A DNA stretch of 64,000 nucleotides from contig CAZRZA010000001.1 of the NCBI GenBank assembly GCA_964604515.1, forward strand, positions 16,243 to 80,242, given 5' to 3'. The position numbers and the translations under genes were made by a program. A model generated the notes under the pieces. That model searched no databases. It was given only the letters and a program-made list of their open reading frames with translations, and had not been told where the DNA came from. Shown here piece by piece: positions 29,880 to 39,866 of this stretch; positions within the stretch are counted from its first letter, which is position 1; each line of letters begins with the position of its first letter. This DNA is from an uncultured Gammaproteobacteria bacterium. Lineage in GTDB: Bacteria > Patescibacteriota > Patescibacteriia > UBA1558 > GWA2-36-10.

Positions 29880-30074
29880 TTATTTTTTCTTTAAAATAGT
29901 AAAACCGTTATAGGCTAAATATCCTAATAAAAGAAAAACCGCATAAGAAACCCAAAGAGGTATTTCCCAGTTATTAACAGTCAAAGGCCAAGAGTAAATA
30001 GCTCTTAATAAATGACATATAGCAACTAGAGAAAAAATGTGAGCTGCCAGAGAAATAAAAGTATCTTTTTTCAT
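29880..30074 (-). CDS. small 2-TM membrane protein (64 aa), first gene of Fn3/CaCA operon
   Basis: ORF with two hydrophobic helices; 36-nt gap to Fn3 gene. Confidence 0.4.
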   Translation of the reverse strand: MKKDTFISLAAHIFSLVAICHLLRAIYSWPLTVNNWEIPLWVSYAVFLLLGYLAYNGFTILKKK

Positions 30075-30338
30075 ATATTTTATTTAATTATAATACTTTA
30101 TATTATAACAAATATTTAGCAAAAAACCAAATACCCTATTACTTTATATAAAATGGATAAATTAAGCAAAATAAAAACCTACTCAAAAAAATGAGTAAGT
30201 TAAAACTTAAAGCTTATTTTAGTTTATTTATTTTTAAATCTGTTTCTTCTTTTCAATTTTTTTCTTCTCTTGATCTTAACAGATTTTCTTTTATTCTTAA
30301 TTTTTGTTCCCATATTATTATTTAAAAATATTTAAAAC

Positions 30339-30415
30339 TGGTCGTCCTGCTGGGACTTGAACCCAGGACCTCTACTTTATCAGAGTAGCGCTCTAACCAG
30401 CTGAGCTACAGGACG
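30339..30415 (-). tRNA. tRNA-Ile (anticodon GAU), CCA encoded
   Basis: Minus-strand sequence CGTCCTGTAGCTCAGCTGGTTAGAGCGCTACTCTGATAAAGTAGAGGTCCTGGGTTCAAGTCCCAGCAGGACGACCA folds as cloverleaf: 7-bp acceptor, GCTCAGCTGGTTAGAGC D-arm, anticodon loop CUGAUAA, GGTTCAAGTCC T-arm. Confidence 0.9.
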
Positions 30416-30461
30416 TAAAAACAGTTCAATTATAGATTAATTTTATAGTTTTGTACAGCCT

Positions 30462-31568
30462 TTAACTATTTATAATATTGATTTTATCACCAATATGTTT
30501 TAATACTAATTTTTGTGCTCCCTCTAAATCTTTATCTATTGTTACTTTACTAAAATTATTCTTACCTTTTCCTTCTAATTCTGAAGTTAAGTCTAAAGAA
30601 TCTATATTATCAATAGTATAAACCCAAGCTTCTGTTTTATTTAATTCTAATTGATAAAAGATAATAGCAACTTGAGCAGTATTAGTAGATAATATTAATT
30701 CTTTAATCATATCAGAAAAATCTTGAGGTATATTTGCTATTTCGTCATATCTTAAGAAAGAAGAAATAAGATATTTATCTTGTTTTAATCTGCTTAATAC
30801 TTTGCCCCAATTCTTTAAAGTATTAACATCTTTAGTTCTATATAAATGTTCAATAATAGCTTCTCGATCAGCTCCTTTATTAATTAAATTACTAGCTAAT
30901 TCTAAAGTAGTCGGTGTAACTTGAGAAGACTGAAAGCTATTAGTAGCAGCTATCATACCAGTTAATAAAGCGGTACTCATATCTTTATTAAGATTCTTTT
31001 CTAAAATATGATAAGACATTTCTGCTAAAGATGTACTAGAGCTTTTAACTACATTTAATTGCCCATAATTTTCATTAATCAAAGAATTATCTAAATTAAT
31101 AACAGGTATTTCATGAAAAAAACTACTATGTTCTTTAAAAATATCTCCTAAATCATTTAAACTATTGGCTCCAAAAGAAATAATTAAATCATATTTATAT
31201 TCTCCTACTTGAGATTTAATATGCTCTTCTTTTAACACTCCTCCTTGAGGATCAATATTAATATGTAATTCATTACCTTTTATATTATAATCTAATTTAT
31301 CTACCTGAGCTTTAGAAATATCTAAAATAATTTTAAAACTATTCAAAATATTAAAATCTCTATTTAGCTTATCTTTACTATTTAAAAAAGGTAAATTAAT
31401 TATATCTCCCGAAAAGAATAAGTCTACTTTCTTATCTTTTAAAGCTAAAAAATTTTGCCAAGCCAAAGCAGTGCTAAGGACATCTATATTAGGACTAGCT
31501 GGTCCAGTCAAAAGAATATTTTGATAGGAATTTAAAATTTTACTTAATTCTTTTAAGGGTAAATTCAT
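30462..31568 (-). CDS. DHH/DHHA1-like protein lacking catalytic motifs (degenerate NrnA paralog)
   Basis: 368 aa, length/profile like NrnA but DGD, DHH and GGGH motifs absent; directly downstream of bona fide nrnA. Confidence 0.45.
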   Translation of the reverse strand: MNLPLKELSKILNSYQNILLTGPASPNIDVLSTALAWQNFLALKDKKVDLFFSGDIINLPFLNSKDKLNRDFNILNSFKIILDISKAQVDKLDYNIKGNELHINIDPQGGVLKEEHIKSQVGEYKYDLIISFGANSLNDLGDIFKEHSSFFHEIPVINLDNSLINENYGQLNVVKSSSTSLAEMSYHILEKNLNKDMSTALLTGMIAATNSFQSSQVTPTTLELASNLINKGADREAIIEHLYRTKDVNTLKNWGKVLSRLKQDKYLISSFLRYDEIANIPQDFSDMIKELILSTNTAQVAIIFYQLELNKTEAWVYTIDNIDSLDLTSELEGKGKNNFSKVTIDKDLEGAQKLVLKHIGDKINIINS

Positions 31569-31595
31569 ATTATACTTTTAAGGGGAAAGTTACTT

Positions 31596-31624
31596 ATATT
31601 ATAATAAAAGTAATATTTTGTCAA
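31596..31624 (-). promoter_or_regulatory. sigma70-like promoter for DHH paralog
   Basis: Minus strand TTGACA-17nt-TAATAT about 30 nt upstream of start codon. Confidence 0.5.
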
Positions 31625-31629
31625 TGTTA

Positions 31630-31704
31630 ATAAAAAAAGACTATCAGTTATTGTTTAATAATCTTAAAGTCTTCCGGCTCTAAGATTATTAAGCGCTGAT
31701 AGTC
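31630..31704 (-). terminator. long structured terminator after nrnA
   Basis: 9-bp stem gactatcag/ctgatagtc enclosing an inner hairpin (aatcttaaag...ctctaagatt), followed on minus strand by U7. Confidence 0.55.
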
Positions 31705-31787
31705 TCTGGAGACGAGTTGTGGCAAGCTTTAAAAAGCTCTTCTCGTCTTGTAAAATATATTAACATATTTTTTAAAAGTTGTAAAAA

Positions 31788-32753
31788 CTACTCAATTCTA
31801 AGCTTATTATTTTCATTAATTAACTTCCCTGGAAAAGAAAAAGCAGCTGCTTTCTTATGTCCTCCCCCTCCCATTAGCTTTGCTAATTCAGAAACATCTA
31901 AATCTTTTTCTGTAGTCCTAAAAGAACCCTTAATCATTCCTTTTTCTTCTGTTAATAATAATACTAAGCGAGCTTCTTTTAATAATTGTAAGAAATTAAT
32001 TAAATTATTAACAGCTGTTCCATCAACACCAGCTTCAATAAAGTCCTCTGTAGTTAAAAAAGTATATACTAAACCATATTTAGGAACAGTAGTTAATCTT
32101 TCAAAAGCTTTGCCCCAAATCTTTAAATCTAATAAATTATTTTTACTTAAGGTTATTTGAATTATTTTATTTATATTAGCACCATTATCTACTAATTCTG
32201 AGGCTGCTAAAAGAGATTGATAATTAGTAGCTGGATTTAAAAAGCCTCCTGTGTCTGTAATAATACCACAAGCTAAACAAGTTGCTATTTGATTATTCCA
32301 ATCTATATTCCAATCTTTCAATAATCTAAAAACTACTTCTGCTGTTGAAGAGGCAGAGGTAACCACTAAATTAATATCTCCATATAAAGGATTAGTGGCA
32401 TGATGGTCTATATTTATTAATTTATAATCATTTGTTAAGGCGGTTAATAAATTAGCTACTCCAGCATATTCTAAGCTACCAGAGTCTAAAATAATTACTA
32501 AATCATAATTCTCAGAAAAAACTAAATGATTATTGGTTAATAAATTACTTTGTGGTAAAAATTTTAAATACTCTGGTAATTCATCTAAACAAAAAGAAGT
32601 GATGTCTTTACCCATTCTTTTTAAGTAAATATGTAAAGCTAAATTAGAGCCGGAGGTGTCTCCGTCTGGTTTTTTATGAGAAAGAAGTAATATCTTTTGT
32701 GCTTTATTTATTTCTTCTCTAATCTGATTACTTATATTTTTATGATTATTCAT
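31788..32753 (-). CDS. nrnA: bifunctional oligoribonuclease / pAp phosphatase NrnA (DHH family)
   Basis: HKKPDGDTSGS, IDHH, GGGHKKAAA (DHHA1) motifs. Confidence 0.8.
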   Translation of the reverse strand: MNNHKNISNQIREEINKAQKILLLSHKKPDGDTSGSNLALHIYLKRMGKDITSFCLDELPEYLKFLPQSNLLTNNHLVFSENYDLVIILDSGSLEYAGVANLLTALTNDYKLINIDHHATNPLYGDINLVVTSASSTAEVVFRLLKDWNIDWNNQIATCLACGIITDTGGFLNPATNYQSLLAASELVDNGANINKIIQITLSKNNLLDLKIWGKAFERLTTVPKYGLVYTFLTTEDFIEAGVDGTAVNNLINFLQLLKEARLVLLLTEEKGMIKGSFRTTEKDLDVSELAKLMGGGGHKKAAAFSFPGKLINENNKLRIE

Positions 32754-32821
32754 AACATAGTAGTATAAGTAAAAAAAGTATTTAAGTCAATACAAAAACC
32801 CTATTAAATTAATAATAGGGC

Positions 32822-33052
32822 TTATGATCTAATCCAGGTAATACCATCTTTGGCTTTTATGATATAATTTTTAATACTTCTTCCTTTATAAATATTCTTT
32901 AAATATTCTAAAGAAATATCTTTATAATTACTCATAATTACTGTTTTAGTTGTAATATATTTAATTAAATCCCTATGATCAGGACCACCAAAATAATATT
33001 TTTTACCTAAACTAGACTTACACTCTACAAAGAATGTTTTGCCATTTTTCAT
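32822..33052 (-). CDS. hypothetical small protein (76 aa)
   Basis: ORF only. Confidence 0.4.
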   Translation of the reverse strand: MKNGKTFFVECKSSLGKKYYFGGPDHRDLIKYITTKTVIMSNYKDISLEYLKNIYKGRSIKNYIIKAKDGITWIRS

Positions 33053-33118
33053 ATCGTCTCCTTTTTTAAATGAACTTAAGTTATATTAAACTACTATAAC
33101 CTATATTATGTGTCAAGA

Positions 33119-33457
33119 TTACTCTTTTAAAGCATCTTCTATCTCTTTATACCTTAAGTCTCTTTCATCAATAGCCCAGTGTACTTTAGGCACTTGTCTA
33201 ATAAAAAGAGCTTTATTTAATTCTCTCTGCACATGACTACCAAATTTTTTCATTATTTTTAAACCAGTTCCTAATTGATCTTGAGGTATAATACTTAAAT
33301 AAGCAGTAGCATTTTTTAAATCTGGAGAAACAGATACTTCAGAAACACTTATTAAACTACCTCTTGGTGGCTCAAAATCTTTAATAATAATTTTATTAAT
33401 TTCTTCTCTTAATAATTCTGAAACCTGTTCTGTTCTTTTACTCATGACTTTCTTCAA
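33119..33457 (-). CDS. rbfA: ribosome-binding factor A
   Basis: RTEQVSELLREEINKII... KH-like RbfA signature; overlaps infB 3' end by 20 nt. Confidence 0.85.
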   Translation of the reverse strand: MKKVMSKRTEQVSELLREEINKIIIKDFEPPRGSLISVSEVSVSPDLKNATAYLSIIPQDQLGTGLKIMKKFGSHVQRELNKALFIRQVPKVHWAIDERDLRYKEIEDALKE

Positions 33458-35417
33458 AAAATTCTAAAATATCACCTTCTTGAATTAAAGGGTCACCCTT
33501 AAATTCTATGCCCGCTTCATTACCTTCTACTACTTCCGAAACATTTTCTTTGGCTGCTTGTAAGTTCTCTATTTCTCCAATAGCTTCTATTTCATCATTA
33601 TGCCAAACTTTAATTTTAGATTCTTTAACGGCTTTACCCTCTATTACTTTACCACCAATAACCATACCATCTTTTTTAGTTTTAAAAATAGCCAAAACCT
33701 TTAAACGACCTAAGGACTTATGAACCGTTCTTTGTACTTTTATATTTTTTAATCTTTCTCCTATTTCTTCTAATAATTTATAAATTATATCAAAATATAA
33801 TATCTGAACACCTTTTTCTTGAGCTAAATTATTTATAGCCTTGTTATCTTTAATATGAAAGCCTAATATTAAAGCCTGAGAAGCTTCTGCTTTCATAATA
33901 TCATCTTCAGTAATTTGTCCTAAGCCTTTCTTTAAAACTTTAATCTTAGCCTGTGGTATTTCTATTTTATTTAATGACTCTTCAATAGCTTCTGCTGATC
34001 CTAAAACATCAGACTTAATTATTAAGTTTAGGGTATTAAATTCTTCCTCATCTTCTTTGCTAGTAACAGCAGCTGTTTTAATAGGAGAATGTGATGTTAA
34101 GGCTTTTAATTTCTTCTTATGCTCTTTTTTATCTGTAATAACTTCTAATATTTCACCTACTTTAGGTAGTTGTTTTAAGCCTAAAATTCTAACGGGAGTT
34201 CCCGGTGTAGCTTCTTTAACATTGTTACCTTTCCAATCTCTTAATATTTTAATTTTACCTGGCACCTCACCAACGATAAACATATCACCTGTCATTAATG
34301 TTCCGGCTTGTACTAAAATAGTAGCTATTGGTCCTTCACTTTTATCAATATGAGATTCAATAATCGTTCCTAAAGCTGATCCTTTATGATCTGCTTTTAA
34401 TTCTTTCATATCAGCAATTAAAAGAACTAAGTCTAATAATTCTGTAATACCCTTATTAAATTTAGCAGAAATGGGGTGACAAGTAATATCCCCTCCCCAA
34501 TCTTCAGGCATTAAATTAATTTCAGATAATTGTTGTTTGACCTTTTCTATGTCTGCATTATCTTTATCTATTTTATTAATAGCAACTATAAAAGGAAGTT
34601 TTTCTTTTTGAATAACAGAAATACTTTCTAAGGTTTGTGGCTGTAGACCATCATCAGCAGCTACTACTAAAATAGCAACATCAGCTATTTGTCCTCCTCG
34701 AGAACGCATAGCTTTAAAGGCTTCGTGACCTGGAGTATCTAAAAAAGTAATCAACCTTCCTTTGTCTTCAGCTTGATAAGCACCGATATGTTGGGTGATG
34801 CTACCTGCTTCTTGATCAATAATATTAGTATTACGAATAGCGTCTAATAATTTAGTCTTTCCATGGTCAACGTGTCCCATAACAACAACTACCGGCGGCT
34901 TTTCACCTTTACCCTCTCTTTTAGATAATAATTCTACTAACTTTTCTCTATTAGTCTTATCTTCTTTTTCTTCTTCATTGTTCTTAATTACCTTAAATCC
35001 TAGATCTTCTGAAATAATACTAGCTGTATCAAAGTCTATTTTCTCATTTAGAGAAACCATAATTCCATTCTTCATTAATTCCGCCATTAATTTAACAACT
35101 GGCAGTTTCATTAATTCCGCCATGTCTTTAACGATAATAGTTTCTCCGATACTAATTTCTTTTTGTTCCTCTTTTATCTCCTTCTCTTTTTTATCAGAAA
35201 CCTCTTTAACCTTAGATAGCTCTTCTTTTAATCTACTCTTTTTAATATCTTTTTTCCAAGCAGCTATTATCTTAGGAACTAAACTATCATCAACTTTTAT
35301 AGCTTTAGCGCCAATATCAAAACCAATTTCTGGTAATTTTTCCAAAAGTTCATTAGTGGTAACTTTTAATTGTCTAGCTAGGCTGCTAACATTCATATAA
35401 TTTAGTAAATATGGCAT
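33438..35417 (-). CDS. infB: translation initiation factor IF-2 (short form)
   Basis: G-domain VVVVMGHVDHGKTKLLD, DTPGHEAF, NKID motifs. Confidence 0.93.
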   Translation of the reverse strand: MPYLLNYMNVSSLARQLKVTTNELLEKLPEIGFDIGAKAIKVDDSLVPKIIAAWKKDIKKSRLKEELSKVKEVSDKKEKEIKEEQKEISIGETIIVKDMAELMKLPVVKLMAELMKNGIMVSLNEKIDFDTASIISEDLGFKVIKNNEEEKEDKTNREKLVELLSKREGKGEKPPVVVVMGHVDHGKTKLLDAIRNTNIIDQEAGSITQHIGAYQAEDKGRLITFLDTPGHEAFKAMRSRGGQIADVAILVVAADDGLQPQTLESISVIQKEKLPFIVAINKIDKDNADIEKVKQQLSEINLMPEDWGGDITCHPISAKFNKGITELLDLVLLIADMKELKADHKGSALGTIIESHIDKSEGPIATILVQAGTLMTGDMFIVGEVPGKIKILRDWKGNNVKEATPGTPVRILGLKQLPKVGEILEVITDKKEHKKKLKALTSHSPIKTAAVTSKEDEEEFNTLNLIIKSDVLGSAEAIEESLNKIEIPQAKIKVLKKGLGQITEDDIMKAEASQALILGFHIKDNKAINNLAQEKGVQILYFDIIYKLLEEIGERLKNIKVQRTVHKSLGRLKVLAIFKTKKDGMVIGGKVIEGKAVKESKIKVWHNDEIEAIGEIENLQAAKENVSEVVEGNEAGIEFKGDPLIQEGDILEFFEESHE

Positions 35418-35521
35418 TACTTTACTAAATTTAGCTTAAAAAGTCAACTCTCTTGATTTATATTATTATTTGACATGTGGTATTATAATATATATTATAA
35501 GGTTATTATTTATTTAAACTT

Positions 35522-36022
35522 ATGGAGTTCAAAAACTTTAGACCAGACTGGAACAATCCAACGCCTGATATGTTTTCTTCTCATGCCGCTTATTTAAAGT
35601 ATATGGAATCAATAGAAAGAGAATATATTGAAGAAGAGTCTTTAGGGTTAGAAAAATTAAAAGAAAATATAAAAAAAGAAAATTGTTCAGAAGAAACAAA
35701 AGAAAGTGCTTTAGAGTTAATAGAAGATATTTATAATTATGCTTTAGACTATGTCTCTATAATAAGAAAACAAGGTAATATAAAATCTAATAACAAAGAA
35801 GAAGAGTATAAAGAGAAAATGGAAACTATAGATGAGGCTAGAACTAGAAAACATAATACTTTAATAGATTCTATAAATATTGCTAATAGGTACCTGATTA
35901 ATAATTTTGAAAAATTTAAATCTAATCCTATAAAGGTTAGTACCGATAATAGAGATGTGGTTAAGGATTGGGCCATAAGATTAATGGAAGAATTAAGTAA
36001 AATAAAAAAAAGCTCCATATAA
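35522..36022 (+). CDS. hypothetical protein (166 aa)
   Basis: ORF; acidic/Lys-rich, no motif. Confidence 0.45.
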   Translation: MEFKNFRPDWNNPTPDMFSSHAAYLKYMESIEREYIEEESLGLEKLKENIKKENCSEETKESALELIEDIYNYALDYVSIIRKQGNIKSNNKEEEYKEKMETIDEARTRKHNTLIDSINIANRYLINNFEKFKSNPIKVSTDNRDVVKDWAIRLMEELSKIKKSSI

Positions 36023-36053
36023 ATATGAAGCTTTTAAGGTTTGGATGAAATGC

Positions 36054-36380
36054 TCATCTAGCTTTATTAACCTGTTTAAAAAACCAAGGTCTAATTAAAT
36101 CATTATAAAGCTCTCTGTTAGAATTAGGTATTATTATTCTTTTTTCCTCTATTTTTTTTCTAAAAATAGAAAAAAGAATACCAATCTCTTCCTTTCTCCT
36201 ATTTTTATTTAATGTACTAGTTTTATTAAGATTGCCCCTCACCACCTTAATAACAATTTTAGATGCTATCTCTGCTAACTTAACATCTGTTCTTAAGACT
36301 GAATTAAAATTATTCATCTTTATTCTCCTTTCTCTTAAGAACTTTATATTAACATATTTTATCATTTTAGTCAATAGCAA
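36054..36380 (-). CDS. hypothetical basic protein
   Basis: ORF only; true start may be internal Met (MNNFNSV). Confidence 0.35.
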   Translation of the reverse strand: MLLTKMIKYVNIKFLRERRIKMNNFNSVLRTDVKLAEIASKIVIKVVRGNLNKTSTLNKNRRKEEIGILFSIFRKKIEEKRIIIPNSNRELYNDLIRPWFFKQVNKAR

Positions 36381-36635
36381 TGATAGCGCCCTTGATTTAT
36401 ATTACTCTTTATGTTAAAGTATTGATAAGGATAATAATCCTTAATAATCAGTAAATTACTGTTTTAAATTTAATTATTTTAAACAAAATATTGAAAATAC
36501 TTATAAATTCTGATTAAGATATAATAGATGAAATTGTCTAATAAAGCTCAAAAAATAATATTAGAAAATAACCTAAAATATAGGTTATTTATTGAATCTC
36601 AAAGAACAAAACAGTAGAAGAAAGGAAACTATAAA

Positions 36636-38150
36636 ATGGAATATATGTTAATAGCCGGCGCTTTAATTATAGGTGTTATTTTTGGTTTCTTCCTAAAACA
36701 AGCTTTAACAAGTAAGGCTATATCATCTGCTAAGAAAAAAGCAGATAGTATCTTAGAAGAAACAAAAAACAAAGCACAAAATTTAATATTAGAAGCTAAA
36801 GAAAAATCTACTAGTATTATTGAAGAGGCTAAGAAAGAAGAAAAGGAAAGAAGAAATCAATTACAACAATTAGAAAATAGAATAAATAAAAGAGAAAGTC
36901 TCTTTGATAAAAAACTTCTAGAGTTAGAAGAAAAAAAGACTGAAAATGAAAAACTTAATAAATTATTAAGTAAAGAAAAAAAAGATATTAAAAAGATTAG
37001 AAAAGAACAACTAGCTAAATTAGAAAAAATAGCTAAATTAACAACTACAGAAGCTAAAGATGTTATTCTAAAAAATACTGAAATGAGAATGAAAGATGAA
37101 TTACTTCATAGAATACGTAAATTAGAAAATGAAGCCTCAGAGACTTTAGAAAAAAAAGCTAAAGAAATGTTAACTACAGTTATTGAAAGATGTGCAGCTG
37201 CTCATACTGTAGAAACAACAACCACTAATGTTAATCTTCCTAATGAAGAAATGAAAGGCAGAATTATAGGAAGAGAAGGAAGAAATATTAAGGTAATTGA
37301 ACGCTTAACAGGTGTTGAGATAATTATAGATGATACTCCGGAGGTTATTACAATTTCTGCTTTTAATCCTGTTCGTAGACAATTAGCTAAAAAAACATTA
37401 GACAAATTAATGGAAGATGGTCGTATTCATCCTGGTCGTATAGAAAAGACTATTGAAGAGGTTAAAAGAGATTTAGCCTTAGATATTAAAAAAACCGGAG
37501 AAGAAGCTGCTTATAAAGCGGGTGTAATTGGTTTAGATAATAAATTATTACAAATATTAGGTAGACTAAAGTTTAGAACTAGTTATGGACAAAATCAACT
37601 TCAACATGCTTTAGAGGTCTCTTATCTTTCTGGTTTATTAGCCTTTGAATTAGGAGCTAATGTTTCTGTCTGCAAAAAGGGTGGTCTTTTACATGATATT
37701 GGTAAAGCTTTAGATCATGAAATACAAGGATCACATCCTGATATAGGCTATGACTTAATGTTAAAGTTTGGCTTATCAGAAGAAGTAGCTTATATGTCTA
37801 TTGCTCATCATGAAGACAAACCTAAGACATTAGAAGGTTTGGTGGTTAAAATAGCGGATGCTGTTTCTGGTTCTAGGCCAGGAGCTCGTAGAGATACATT
37901 AGAGAAGTATATACAAAGATTAACAGAATTAGAAGATACTGCTAAATCTTTTTCTGGTGTTGAAAAAGTATATGCTATACAAGCTGGTAAAGAAATTAGA
38001 GTTTTTGTTTCTTCTGAAAAAATAAGTGATTTAGAGGCTACTAAATTAGCTAGAGATATAGCTAATAAAATAGAAGAGGAATTAAAATATCCTGGAGAAA
38101 TAAAAGTTAATGTTATTAGAGAAACTAGAGTAATAGAATATGCCAGATAA
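36636..38150 (+). CDS. rny: ribonuclease Y
   Basis: N-terminal TM, coiled coil, KH domain (GRIIGREGRNIKVIERLTGVEIIIDD), HD domain (LLHDIGK). Confidence 0.9.
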   Translation: MEYMLIAGALIIGVIFGFFLKQALTSKAISSAKKKADSILEETKNKAQNLILEAKEKSTSIIEEAKKEEKERRNQLQQLENRINKRESLFDKKLLELEEKKTENEKLNKLLSKEKKDIKKIRKEQLAKLEKIAKLTTTEAKDVILKNTEMRMKDELLHRIRKLENEASETLEKKAKEMLTTVIERCAAAHTVETTTTNVNLPNEEMKGRIIGREGRNIKVIERLTGVEIIIDDTPEVITISAFNPVRRQLAKKTLDKLMEDGRIHPGRIEKTIEEVKRDLALDIKKTGEEAAYKAGVIGLDNKLLQILGRLKFRTSYGQNQLQHALEVSYLSGLLAFELGANVSVCKKGGLLHDIGKALDHEIQGSHPDIGYDLMLKFGLSEEVAYMSIAHHEDKPKTLEGLVVKIADAVSGSRPGARRDTLEKYIQRLTELEDTAKSFSGVEKVYAIQAGKEIRVFVSSEKISDLEATKLARDIANKIEEELKYPGEIKVNVIRETRVIEYAR

Positions 38151-38931
38151 AATAAAAATAATATTTTTTGGAGACATAACTGGTTCTTTAGCTAGAAAAG
38201 CTATAAAGGATATAGTTCCTCAATGGCAAAAAGAATATAATGTAGATTTATTTATTGGTAATGTTGAAAATTTAGCCCATGGCAAAGGTGTTACTAAAAA
38301 AACCTTAACTGAAATATCTGAGGCTGGTATAAGTATATTTACCGGTGGCAATCATATTAATAATAAAGAAGATTTAAATGAATTAGCAGAAACTACTAAT
38401 TTTAAAATAGCTTCTTTAGCTAATGATAGCACTACTCCTCAAAAATATATTAAACAAAGTATTAATATAAATAATAATAAATTATTTGTAATTAATTTAT
38501 CCGGAAGAGTGTTCATGAAAGATGACAATCTTTCTAATCCTTTTCTAAAAATAGATGAATTATTAAAAGATCTTCCTAAAGATTCTAATATTATAGTTGA
38601 TTTACATGCTGAAGCTACTTCTGAAAAAAGAGCTTTAGGATTATACTTAGATGGTAGAGTAGCTGCTCTAGTTGGTACTCATACTCATATTCCTACTGCT
38701 GATGCTCAAATATTAGAAAAAGAAACAGGCTATATCACAGACATAGGTATGATCGGTCCCCACCCTTCTGTTTTGGGTATTAAGTCTGAAATAATTATTG
38801 AAAAGTTTATAAGTGAAAAAAATATTAGACATGAATTACCAGATTCTGGTAAAATAGAAATAAATGCAGTATTATTAGAAATAGAGAATAACAAAACAAA
38901 ACATATTCAACATTTAAGAAAAATAATATGA
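38140..38931 (+). CDS. ymdB: YmdB-like metallophosphoesterase (2',3'-cyclic nucleotide phosphodiesterase family)
   Basis: IFFGDITGSLARKAI... GNHIN motif; conserved rny-ymdB linkage; overlaps rny by 11 nt. Confidence 0.8.
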   Translation: MPDKIKIIFFGDITGSLARKAIKDIVPQWQKEYNVDLFIGNVENLAHGKGVTKKTLTEISEAGISIFTGGNHINNKEDLNELAETTNFKIASLANDSTTPQKYIKQSININNNKLFVINLSGRVFMKDDNLSNPFLKIDELLKDLPKDSNIIVDLHAEATSEKRALGLYLDGRVAALVGTHTHIPTADAQILEKETGYITDIGMIGPHPSVLGIKSEIIIEKFISEKNIRHELPDSGKIEINAVLLEIENNKTKHIQHLRKII

Positions 38932-39206
38932 AAAAAGCAGAATTAATAAAAGAGTTGGCAAAAAAATCAGGTCTTTTTAATATTCAAGTTGAAGATCTTG
39001 TTGAGTCTTTTACAGAATTAGTTATGGAAAGACTAAAAAATGGTCAAGATGTAACTTTAACTGGTTTCGGTACTTTCTCTGCTCGTAAAAGAACAGCTCG
39101 TATTGGAGTTGATCCTCGAGATCCTAGCAAGAGAATTCAAATGCCAGAAATAATGGTACCTAAGTTTAAGGCTGGTAAAACTTTAAAAGATTATTTAAAA
39201 AAATAA
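38928..39206 (+). CDS. hup: DNA-binding protein HU
   Basis: 92 aa, GFGTFSARKRTARIGVDPR arm motif. Confidence 0.9.
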   Translation: MKKAELIKELAKKSGLFNIQVEDLVESFTELVMERLKNGQDVTLTGFGTFSARKRTARIGVDPRDPSKRIQMPEIMVPKFKAGKTLKDYLKK

Positions 39207-39866
39207 ATGACTTTAAAGGAAATAAAAAAAGATGACCGTATTAATGCTTTTATTGATCAAACAGATATTTACTTAAAAAAATTGGGTTATACTGATCATG
39301 GTCGTAGACATTCTAATATTGTTAGTCAGAGAGCTATGTCTTTAGCTAAGAAAATTGGTTTAAATAAAAAAGATCAAGAAATTAGTGGCATTGCTGGCTG
39401 GTGTCATGATATGGGAAACTTTTTAGGAAGAACTCAACACCATTATTGGGGTGGCTTACTATTTTCTCAATGCTTCATTAATGAAGCTAACCCTCTTGAT
39501 GTTTCTACTATTAGTCAAATAATAGTTTCTCATGATAAAGATGATTTAAAAATAGTTAATAAAGCTACCGCTGCTGTTATTATAGCTGATAAATCAGATG
39601 TACATCGTTCTCGAGTTTTAACCAAAAATATGAGAAAGATAAAAGAAGATATTCATGATCGTGTTAATTATGCTGTTACAGATAATAAATTAACTGTTGC
39701 TAGTAATAAAAAAACCATTACTTTAGCCATAAAATTAGATACAAAATTTACAGATATTATGGATTATTTTTCTATCTTTGTAATTAGAATGAATTATTGC
39801 CAAAAAGCAGCCGAGTATTTAAATTATGAGTTTAAATTAAAAATTAATAATACTATCTTAGCTTAA
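39207..39866 (+). CDS. HD-domain phosphohydrolase
   Basis: H..RHS ... CHDMG (HD motif) ... HDKDD. Confidence 0.65.
   Translation: MTLKEIKKDDRINAFIDQTDIYLKKLGYTDHGRRHSNIVSQRAMSLAKKIGLNKKDQEISGIAGWCHDMGNFLGRTQHHYWGGLLFSQCFINEANPLDVSTISQIIVSHDKDDLKIVNKATAAVIIADKSDVHRSRVLTKNMRKIKEDIHDRVNYAVTDNKLTVASNKKTITLAIKLDTKFTDIMDYFSIFVIRMNYCQKAAEYLNYEFKLKINNTILA

Noticed and set aside
30222-30312. 29-codon Lys/Arg-rich minus-strand ORF (MGTKIKNKRKSVKIKRRKKLKRRNRFKNK) downstream of tRNA-Ile, considered as a tiny ribosomal protein (bTHX/L34-like)
   Set aside because: No SD and no resemblance to L34/L36/Thx consensus beyond basic charge. AAA/AGA-rich DNA in a ~25% GC genome produces such ORFs by chance.
36567-36589. 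Hairpin aataaccta-aaata-taggttatt 47 nt upstream of rny, considered as a terminator
   Set aside because: No adequate U-run on the plus strand. It is located in the divergent promoter region, so more likely a 5' UTR structure or coincidental palindrome. Low confidence either way.
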